DNA of 64,000 nt, from assembly GCA_024400545.1 (NCBI GenBank), contig JAKSMO010000003.1, forward strand, positions 1,170 to 65,169. The letters are read 5' to 3'. This DNA is from Bacteroidales bacterium (GTDB lineage: Bacteria > Bacteroidota > Bacteroidia > Bacteroidales > P3). Positions 27,738 to 34,873 of the stretch are shown in pieces. The first letter of the stretch is position 1. Every line of letters begins with the position of its first letter. Position numbers and translations under genes: made by a program. A model generated the notes under the pieces. It saw only the letters and a list, made by a program, of their open reading frames with translations. It searched no databases and was not told the DNA's origin.

Positions 27738-28060
27738 TATCTTTGCACTCGGAAAACGGCGAGCGACATGCCGTTTCCACACAAAGGTAGCATTACTATC
27801 GTCAGTGTATAGGAATTTGCCCAAATCCCATTGCCAACATGACGAGAAACCGGTGCCTTACTACTTGACGAATGTTCTCGGCGAGAGCCGTTGGACATAT
27901 CCTCCAAGCATAGTACTAGGTCTGAAATCTCTGTTGGCAAGGTCGGGCAAAACCTCTATACGCAGCGATCAGGACCCCGGTTCTATGCTTTTTCTTTGTG
28001 TCACCCGCTCAGCAGAGACACCCACAATACTCCGCCTTGACAGGTTGCAGAACATGAAAA
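27738..28060 (+). ncRNA. Leader-like unit A: promoter box plus a ~300-nt non-coding transcript homologous to the operon 5' UTR
   Basis: TATCTTTG box at 27738..27745. A 5' hairpin pairs GGAAAACGGC with GCCGTTTCC (27751..27778). An internal helix pairs AAGCATAG (27906..27913) with CTATGCTT (27983..27990). The conserved box ggttctatgctttttctttgt lies at 27979..27999. The only ORF is a 3-codon ATG-AAA-AAT-TAA. Confidence 0.4.
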
Positions 28061-28106
28061 ATTAAGAAAAATTTGCAAATAAAGGCTCAGTATCAAAAAA
28101 AATGTG

Positions 28107-28435
28107 TATCTTTGCACCCGGAAATGGAAGAGAGTTTATTCCATTTTCATGCAGCGAAAGCATTTGTATAGGCCGTGAACTAAAAATCGCCAATTTTTAC
28201 AACAGAAGGTCTAGATACTGATGCCTTTCTATTACTTATCGTGCAAGTATGTGTCCCTATCATACTTCTCTTTAAGCATAGAATCGAAGGTCTTCTCAGT
28301 CTCTGTTTCTGTTAGGTGTTTGGCGATACCTTAGTTCCGCGGAGACGATACACCAGAGTTCTATGCTTTCTTTGTACCCAATTATTAACCGCCAACCCGG
28401 GAACTCTGTACGGCAACAAAAAGCATAATAAGCCT
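28107..28435 (+). promoter_or_regulatory. Leader unit B: promoter box plus a ~320-nt structured 5' UTR of the operon
   Basis: TATCTTTG box at 28107..28114. A 5' hairpin pairs GGAAATGGAA with TTCCATTTTC (28120..28148). A helix pairs AAGCATAGAA (28274..28283) with TTCTATGCTT (28359..28368). The unit runs into ATG 28436. Confidence 0.45.
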
Positions 28436-28657
28436 ATGCCGATATTCAGAATCACAGTAAAGAATCCCAAGTTCACCAGTGGAGTCAGGGTGGAGAAAGG
28501 CATGTCTGTAGATGTGGTCACCAACAGCATGGTCAACCCTGTCACAACCAATGGCGGCCAAGAAGTAGCCAACGCCTTTATGAGAATCTACGGAATCGAC
28601 ATCAAAAAAGTCGGTGCCCTCAACATGGCTTATTTGGATGTAGAACGAATTAACTAA
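28436..28657 (+). CDS. Small protein P1 (73 aa)
   Basis: The track ORF starts at GTG 28316 inside the leader. The first ATG at 28436 gives MPIFRITVKNPKFTSGVRVEKGMSVDVV... Confidence 0.55.
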   Translation: MPIFRITVKNPKFTSGVRVEKGMSVDVVTNSMVNPVTTNGGQEVANAFMRIYGIDIKKVGALNMAYLDVERIN

Positions 28658-28671
28658 AATAAATCAAAAAT

Positions 28672-29256
28672 ATGATTGATAATATTCTATTAAATGCAAG
28701 TTCTAATGGGATTGGCCCTTTAGGATGGATTATTATTGGTGGTATAGCGATTGGTGGAGCTGCTTATTGGGCAAAAAAAGGAGAAAAGGATCAAGGTCAA
28801 ACCTCGAGTTCAAATCCCGAGCCAGATTCAAAACCCCATGTCCTATCAGACACACCAAACCAAGTTGAAGCGAAGAAGACTTTCTTGAACAATATTAACG
28901 TCTTCATTCCATTATTAAGATGTACCTCGGACACTAGAGAATCGAAAGATGCTTGGACTGACGCGATTATTGGTACAAATGACTTCAACTTGATTTCTTA
29001 TTGGAAATTGTGTTCCACCAAACCCTTTTCTACTTGGCGCAATGTGCTTGCTTCATGGGGGATAAAAGCAGAGACGTGCACAAGCTTCGTTTACGGTGAT
29101 TTGCTCAAGGGAATGTACATCACACATAACAAATCTGACTTAATTGTTGGCAAAGAATATATTGTTGTTGAACCTTGTTGGTTACAAACTTATGAAGACA
29201 GCAAAGGGAAAACAGTTAAAAGAATACTTTTAGCTGGCGTCGTAAGAGAAAAATAG
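28672..29256 (+). CDS. P2: single-pass membrane protein with a glycine-zipper TM (194 aa)
   Basis: The N-terminal GPLGWIIIGGIAIGGAAYWA is followed by a polar linker and a ~120-aa domain. It starts 14 nt after P1. Confidence 0.6.
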   Translation: MIDNILLNASSNGIGPLGWIIIGGIAIGGAAYWAKKGEKDQGQTSSSNPEPDSKPHVLSDTPNQVEAKKTFLNNINVFIPLLRCTSDTRESKDAWTDAIIGTNDFNLISYWKLCSTKPFSTWRNVLASWGIKAETCTSFVYGDLLKGMYITHNKSDLIVGKEYIVVEPCWLQTYEDSKGKTVKRILLAGVVREK

Positions 29257-29279
29257 ATTCCCTAAAAATAAGATTGAAC

Positions 29280-29870
29280 ATGGCAAAACTTCATACCTAT
29301 AACATTTGCTTTATCGGTAGAACAGGCAACGGGAAAACAAGCTTAATAAACGCATTGTTTAACACCCAATTTCCGACTGACACTCTTGTTGCATGCACAA
29401 AAGAAATGTATTCAGTCACCACTATGGATATCCACCCTATTGGATATGATGCAACAAGTGTTTATGACACACCTGGTATCGGAGAGTTTTCAACAAACGA
29501 CCGATACCAACGGTACTACGAGGATGCAGTTGCAAAAGCCAATTGTGTGGTACTTGTCACAACAATGGATCGTACAGATGCACCTGCCCAACGATTACTG
29601 ATGAGCCTAAAGCAAATTGCACATGAGAGAGACACCAAATTTGTAATTGCTCTCAACCATATTGACTCTAGAATCGTGGCAGACAATGACGAATATAATC
29701 CATGGGACGATAACACAAACTCACCAACAGAATCATGTTTGGCTAAGGTGCAAGAAAGAATTACAATTATCCAGCAGAAATTTGACAACAAGTTTTTGCC
29801 TTTTAATGTAATTCCTGTTTGTGCGAAAAGGAAATACAATATTGACCAATTATTACATATACTATTATGA
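29280..29870 (+). CDS. P3: small TRAFAC GTPase (MMR_HSR1-like)
   Basis: The track starts at TTG 29274, and ATG 29280 gives MAKLHTYNICFIG. Motifs: G1 GRTGNGKTS, G3 DTPGIG, G4 variant LNHID, G5-like VCAK. Confidence 0.75.
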   Translation: MAKLHTYNICFIGRTGNGKTSLINALFNTQFPTDTLVACTKEMYSVTTMDIHPIGYDATSVYDTPGIGEFSTNDRYQRYYEDAVAKANCVVLVTTMDRTDAPAQRLLMSLKQIAHERDTKFVIALNHIDSRIVADNDEYNPWDDNTNSPTESCLAKVQERITIIQQKFDNKFLPFNVIPVCAKRKYNIDQLLHILL

Positions 29871-30691
29871 GTGACCAAAACGAGTATAAATTCCTAGTTG
29901 AACAGATTTTTGCTGCCATTTTAGGAAATAATGTTTCTCAAGAAGATAAAGAAAAAGTCTTCGGAGCATTGGACAAAGAAATCAAGGATAAGCCATTTAG
30001 GGTTGCCGTTATCGGACAGTCCGGTGTTGGAAAATCAACCACGTTAAACGCGGTTTTTGGATTGGAAAATTACACCTCCAGTGTTGCCGAGGGCACAACG
30101 GATATCATCGAAAAAGTGTTCCCTATGAGAGATGGGTTTAACCTCTCGATTTATGATATGCCTGGGCTAAATAATGATGTTGACAAAGACATCGAGTACG
30201 AGAAAATGTATCAGAAGATTCTTCCGGAATGTGATGTAATTGTCTATATTATCAATGCCCATTCAAGAGATTTGGGTGAAGATTGTAGAATCCTAAAAGA
30301 TGTGGTCTTACCTATTTGCTCTGAAAATAAATTGATGGATAATCTAATTCTAGCATTTAACAAGATAGACACCATTGGAGAAACAGAAGACCCTAATGAC
30401 CCAGAACTTCAATGGGATATAGTGCGGAACCTTCCAACAGAAAAGCTGAAAAAGGCCATAAAAATCAAATTGTCTGATTTGAATGATAAATTAATTGATG
30501 AGCAATTGGTAATGAACGGTGTAGAAAATGCCATCTCAACCGACAAGGTTGTGTTTTATTCTGCACAGTTTAACTACAATCTAGGATGCCTTCTCGAAGC
30601 TATCACTAAAGCTGGTAAACGAGGCTGGATTTGGACTGCGACAGTTGGCTTTGAAAGAATCGGCAAATGGAGCGACAAACGATTGATGTAA
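29867..30691 (+). CDS. P4: small TRAFAC GTPase (MMR_HSR1-like)
   Basis: 274 aa with an ATGA overlap with P3. Motifs: G1 GQSGVGKST, G2 EGTTD, G3 DMPGLN, G4 FNKID. Confidence 0.75.
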   Translation: MSDQNEYKFLVEQIFAAILGNNVSQEDKEKVFGALDKEIKDKPFRVAVIGQSGVGKSTTLNAVFGLENYTSSVAEGTTDIIEKVFPMRDGFNLSIYDMPGLNNDVDKDIEYEKMYQKILPECDVIVYIINAHSRDLGEDCRILKDVVLPICSENKLMDNLILAFNKIDTIGETEDPNDPELQWDIVRNLPTEKLKKAIKIKLSDLNDKLIDEQLVMNGVENAISTDKVVFYSAQFNYNLGCLLEAITKAGKRGWIWTATVGFERIGKWSDKRLM

Positions 30692-30696
30692 AATCT

Positions 30697-31107
30697 ATGG
30701 CAAAACTCAATCTATGGAAATATGAATCTTTTCTATCCAAACATGATACTGGTAATATGACAGAAGAACAAAAAAGACAATACAATGAATTGTCCCCAAA
30801 TGGGAAAGCTGAGTACTTAAAGTCAATGGAAAGACATCCTGATTGGTCTCATAATCAACATATGGCCAAAGTTTCTATTATGGAACAAGCTGACGCAACT
30901 ATTGAGGATGGCGGTGTAAATGTAAATCCTAGTGACCCAAAACTGTGGAAAATTGTTTTGGAAAAGGCCAGCTCATTTTTGCATACAATCGGTGCTCTAA
31001 CTAAAGAAATCAAACAAAAATTTGACTATGCTCTTGGCGCAATTAAGTCGTTAATTTCCATGGGCGTAAAAAAAATTGGAGATATCATAACCTCTATTTT
31101 TGGCTAA
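30697..31107 (+). CDS. P5: small helical protein, paralog of P6
   Basis: The likely start is MAKLNLWKYE at ATG 30697; the track start 30667 overlaps P4. It shares the core HPDWS..GG.(N/D).(N/D)P.DP.L.K with P6. Confidence 0.6.
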   Translation: MAKLNLWKYESFLSKHDTGNMTEEQKRQYNELSPNGKAEYLKSMERHPDWSHNQHMAKVSIMEQADATIEDGGVNVNPSDPKLWKIVLEKASSFLHTIGALTKEIKQKFDYALGAIKSLISMGVKKIGDIITSIFG

Positions 31108-31160
31108 GCAAACTGCTACTAAATATAGAATAATAACTTATTTACTTAATTATAATTCAT

Positions 31161-31487
31161 ATGAATAACGAACTGTTCGAAAACATGAAAAAACTCCATC
31201 CTGATTGGAGTGATGCGCAAATTTGGACTGCCATTAGCTTGGACATGGAAAGTGAAAAGCAAATTGAAAAAGGCGGGAAAGACATTGACCCTAATGACCC
31301 TGGCCTGTTAAAGTCCATTGTAGCAGGTGCTAGAGCATGGCTCAAAGAAGTTCTTCCGATTATTTTCGAGAAAGTAAAAGCATTCTTTGATTACATCAAA
31401 GACCATATCGGAGAGTGGGTCGCTGCTGGTCTTGAGGCTGTTAAGAGATGGATTGGCGAAATCCTGCCTACATTTATCGGCTTCTAA
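31161..31487 (+). CDS. P6: small helical protein, paralog of P5
   Basis: 108 aa. LHPDWSDAQIWTAISLDMESEKQIEKGGKDIDPNDPGLLKSIV aligns with the P5 segment RHPDWSHNQHMAKVSIMEQADATIEDGGVNVNPSDPKLWKIVL. Confidence 0.6.
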   Translation: MNNELFENMKKLHPDWSDAQIWTAISLDMESEKQIEKGGKDIDPNDPGLLKSIVAGARAWLKEVLPIIFEKVKAFFDYIKDHIGEWVAAGLEAVKRWIGEILPTFIGF

Positions 31488-31501
31488 TCAAGTTGTGTCG
31501 A

Positions 31502-31532
31502 AAATAGGGGATAGCCTTGCTTTCCCCTATTT
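31502..31532 (+). promoter_or_regulatory. Intra-operon hairpin with a 9-bp stem
   Basis: AAATAGGGG (31502..31510) pairs with CCCCTATTT (31524..31532) around a 13-nt loop. No T-run follows. Confidence 0.45.
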
Positions 31533-31583
31533 CCGATACATATGAACTACCCAGACTAAAGTTAAACAAGCGTAATACGTATT

Positions 31584-32216
31584 ATGGCTGAAAAAGAAGT
31601 TTCTCAGAGTACAATAATGAAAGCAATGGACTGGGCATACGACAAAGCTGTGAACGGAATCCCAGGTTTTGACTCAGCAGAGGACATGGCTCACGACTAT
31701 CTTCAAGGAGATGGATCATTAAGAGATAAGGCCAATCGATTGATTCGATGGCAAAATGCAAAGTCAGGAACATCAGGATTTGTAACTGGCCTTGGTGGAC
31801 TACTAACATTGCCACTCACTCTTCCTGCAAATATTACTAGTGTGTTATATGTCCAGATTAGAATGATTGCCGCAATCGCAAAGATGGGAGGATATGACCT
31901 TAAAGACGACCGCGTAAAATCATTAGTATATTCTTGCTTGGTGGCCACCTCTGCTGCTGATGTGGTAAAGCAAACAGGACTAAAAATAGGCGAGAAAATT
32001 GCAGTCAATGCCGTCAAAAACATATCAAAAGAAACAATAAAACAAATTAATGCAAAAGTTGGATTTAAGCTCTTTACAAAGTTCGGAGAGAAAGGGGTAA
32101 TCAACATTGGTAAAACCATTCCAATTTTAGGAGGTCTTATTGGTGGTATTTTTGATGTTGTCAGCACCAATACTATCGGCAATGTTGCAAGAGACACATT
32201 CATCCCTAGACCTTAG
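31584..32216 (+). CDS. P7: EcsC/DUF697-like protein with glycine-zipper segments (tentative)
   Basis: 210 aa, with GTSGFVTGLGGLLTLPLTLPANITSVLYVQIRMIAAIAKMGG and IPILGGLIGGIFDVVS. The family assignment is by eye only. Confidence 0.55.
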   Translation: MAEKEVSQSTIMKAMDWAYDKAVNGIPGFDSAEDMAHDYLQGDGSLRDKANRLIRWQNAKSGTSGFVTGLGGLLTLPLTLPANITSVLYVQIRMIAAIAKMGGYDLKDDRVKSLVYSCLVATSAADVVKQTGLKIGEKIAVNAVKNISKETIKQINAKVGFKLFTKFGEKGVINIGKTIPILGGLIGGIFDVVSTNTIGNVARDTFIPRP

Positions 32217-32302
32217 TTCAAATAACACACGCTGATGTCAATTGGCAGCCTGATAAAACAGTAAATATCAAATTCTTTCGTTTTTCAAGGAAAACCAATT
32301 AC

Positions 32303-32719
32303 ATGAAAATAGAATTATCATTTGAAGAGATTCTGTCGGTTTTGGCAGATAATTATAACATTCCGAGCCTTAGAGTGACACAAGTTGACGAGAACACCAT
32401 CAAAATTGCCAAACCTTTATTGATTGTTTCTCCGTCCGTGAAGGTCTCAATTATGGATGTGAGCGATAATGATATTATCATTCATCAAAACAAGCTAACC
32501 ACAGCAGCTACTAAGATTCTCGATTTCTTTGGTTCCAATATTAACACATCAGTTGTAAGCATGGCCGATGACAGAATCACTATTCACCTAAAGCAAATCC
32601 CTCAACTGGCCAAAGTACTTGAGAAAGTAAACCTTGAAAACATTCGATTTACGAATGATTCTGTAGTCTTGAACTTGTCAGCAGTTCATCCACTTAAATT
32701 CAAGACGAATTTATCATGA
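32303..32719 (+). CDS. P8: hypothetical protein (138 aa)
   Basis: ATG-initiated ORF on the same strand. I recognise no motif. Confidence 0.5.
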   Translation: MKIELSFEEILSVLADNYNIPSLRVTQVDENTIKIAKPLLIVSPSVKVSIMDVSDNDIIIHQNKLTTAATKILDFFGSNINTSVVSMADDRITIHLKQIPQLAKVLEKVNLENIRFTNDSVVLNLSAVHPLKFKTNLS

Positions 32720-32752
32720 AACCAAAATCAGACATACTTAATACATACTTTT

Positions 32753-34486
32753 ATGATAAATGAAGACACTCTTATTGATCTGACACTGGAGGTTGCCAAA
32801 TATTATTTCAAGAAAAACAACCCCATTCTAAAAGAGGCAAAAGTCTCTGTTGATCGTGTAGCAGCAAAGCACCTCAGCCAGAAGCTTATGGATGTTATAA
32901 AAAAACATGCTAATGTTGTTTCGTTGGCGGGCATGGCAGATGCTATTCCTGCGGTAGGAGCGGCTGTGGACATTGGCGCAGTGATAGCATCCACATGGAA
33001 AATGTATGCTGGGATAAATGAATGTTTAGGAATCTCTATCTCCGAAAATAAATTGAAGTCCATGGCATCCGGGGTAGTGTCAAATTTAGCTGGCAATGGA
33101 GTTGGGTATGCGGCGCATTCTGTGGCGAATGGGGTCGCCACATCAGTTCCAATATTTGGCAATGTTGTAGGTGCCGTCTGTGGTTGTGTGGTCAACCGTG
33201 CGTCATTATATACTTCAGCTGCGACTTATCTGAATATTATGTGTAAGATAATGTCTTCTGGTGGCACATTTGATGAAAATTCATTGTCCGACCTTACCAG
33301 TAACAATCGGCACATATGGAATGATCCCTATTCTGAAGTTATCAACATAGGAACGATAGGGCATGCAGGGCACGGAAAGTCAACGCTGACGGCTGCTATA
33401 ACTCAGGTTTTAGCCTGTTATGGGACATGCGAAACTGTGTCGGTAAGAGATTTGGATCGTGCACCTAATGAAATCCAACAGGGTGTTTCTATCCAGACGG
33501 CCCATATAGGATACGCCATTAATGACATTCAGTTCCATCACATTGACTGTCCTGGTCATGCTAACTATGTGAAGAATATGATTGTAGGATCAAGCCAAAT
33601 GGATGCGGCCATACTTGTTGTTGCTGCAACTGATGGTCCAATGCCACAAACACGAGAGCACCTCTTATTAGCACGACAAAATGGAATAAAAAAAATAATA
33701 GTATTCCTGAACAAAATTGAGGTAATAGATGATGATGATTTACTCGATTTAGTTGAATTCGAGATTAGAGAACTATTAGATACTTATGATTATGATGGAA
33801 CCAGCACACCCATCATAAGAGGCTCGGCATTGCAAGCACTCAAGGGCAATCGAACTGCAATTCAATCAGTCGAAAACCTAATCCATGAAATGAGTTTGTT
33901 GCCCTTACCCAAAAGATGTATTTCAAAACCATTCAGACTACCTGTTGAGAAAGCAATACCGATAGACAATTACACTGTACAAATTATGGGTACTGTCAAT
34001 ACTGGCAGAATCACTATTGGGGAAAAAATTGATATTGTTGGATTAATGAATGAATCAATTACTGCCAGTGTGATGTCTATCCAAGTTGATAACCATGATT
34101 CTTCATATTGCCAAGCAGGAATGTACGCCTCTCTCATATTAAATGGAGATTTCAAAAACAAAGTGAAAAGAGGGGCTACTGCAGCAGCAATAGATACAGT
34201 CTACCCATCATCCTGCTTTGAGGCTTCTGCTTATATTTTAAAAAAGGAAGAAGGTGGACGCCAAACTGCATTTCGCAATAACTATCAACCTCAATTTTAC
34301 ATCGGAACAGCAAACATAACAGGCACAATTTCACTTCCTGATAGTAGAATCCTGGCCAACCCCGGCGACAACCTCACGTTCAAGGTAAAATTAAGTATGC
34401 CTTTGGCAATTAATCAGTACGAAAGGTTTTCCATGAGAGATAATGGCAAAACTATTGGGGCAGGAATAATAACAAAATTACTTTAA
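32753..34486 (+). CDS. P9: divergent EF-Tu paralog (all three domains) fused to a ~190-aa N-terminal glycine-zipper domain
   Basis: 577 aa. From ~aa 195 it is collinear with EF-Tu. Matching segments are INIGTIGHAGHGKSTLTAAIT (G1), DCPGHANYVKNMI (G3), ILVVAATDGPMPQTREHLLLARQ, IIVFLNKIEVIDDDDLLDLVEFEIRELL (G4 region), PIIRGSALQAL (G5) and the C-terminus GKTIGAGIITKLL. The N-terminus carries AIPAVGAAVDIGAVIAS and VPIFGNVVGAVCGCVVN. Confidence 0.85.
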   Translation: MINEDTLIDLTLEVAKYYFKKNNPILKEAKVSVDRVAAKHLSQKLMDVIKKHANVVSLAGMADAIPAVGAAVDIGAVIASTWKMYAGINECLGISISENKLKSMASGVVSNLAGNGVGYAAHSVANGVATSVPIFGNVVGAVCGCVVNRASLYTSAATYLNIMCKIMSSGGTFDENSLSDLTSNNRHIWNDPYSEVINIGTIGHAGHGKSTLTAAITQVLACYGTCETVSVRDLDRAPNEIQQGVSIQTAHIGYAINDIQFHHIDCPGHANYVKNMIVGSSQMDAAILVVAATDGPMPQTREHLLLARQNGIKKIIVFLNKIEVIDDDDLLDLVEFEIRELLDTYDYDGTSTPIIRGSALQALKGNRTAIQSVENLIHEMSLLPLPKRCISKPFRLPVEKAIPIDNYTVQIMGTVNTGRITIGEKIDIVGLMNESITASVMSIQVDNHDSSYCQAGMYASLILNGDFKNKVKRGATAAAIDTVYPSSCFEASAYILKKEEGGRQTAFRNNYQPQFYIGTANITGTISLPDSRILANPGDNLTFKVKLSMPLAINQYERFSMRDNGKTIGAGIITKLL

Positions 34487-34504
34487 TATTTTCATAGATA
34501 TTCG

Positions 34505-34873
34505 ATGAAATCAAACTCCATTGAATTTAATCAGAACGCACGGCGGGTTTATACTGCGGTGAGGCATACTTTTGAGACTTGCGATATGTTTCATCGGGTG
34601 AAGTGCGACGATATGAACTTTGTGATTACTGCCAAGCATGGGGCTAGTCTGCTGGCTTTGGGTGAGAATATCAAGGTGAGGGTGGTGGCAACTAGCACCC
34701 AAAGCAGCAAGGTGGTGGTGGAGTCGGGCAACCAATTCCCCATCAACATCCTCAACATAGGGCAGAACAAGCAGAACGTCACCACCCTCACCGAGTTCAT
34801 AGCCAACCGTGTATATCGACTCTGCAGCGATGAGGAAATCAAATTGCGCCCTACAGAAATCAAATTCAAATAG
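34505..34873 (+). CDS. P10: hypothetical protein (122 aa)
   Basis: It starts 18 nt after P9 on the same strand and is visibly more GC-rich than P1-P9. I recognise no motif. Confidence 0.5.
   Translation: MKSNSIEFNQNARRVYTAVRHTFETCDMFHRVKCDDMNFVITAKHGASLLALGENIKVRVVATSTQSSKVVVESGNQFPINILNIGQNKQNVTTLTEFIANRVYRLCSDEEIKLRPTEIKFK

Noticed and set aside
27685-28065. A 126-aa plus-strand ORF, together with the 79-86-aa minus-strand ORFs spanning leader unit A.
   Set aside because: It reads straight through a TAnnTTTG promoter box and the 5' hairpin, and has an odd Arg/Lys/Ser-rich composition with no ATG context. The homologous unit B has no equivalent frame. I interpret the region as non-coding RNA or leader.
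27630-28435. Whether the tandem structured units are a retron msr/msd, a CRISPR array or a tracr-like element.
   Set aside because: No reverse transcriptase or cas gene lies anywhere in the window. There are only two units of ~370 nt, not short repeat-spacer periodicity. The second unit is simply the 5' UTR of P1.
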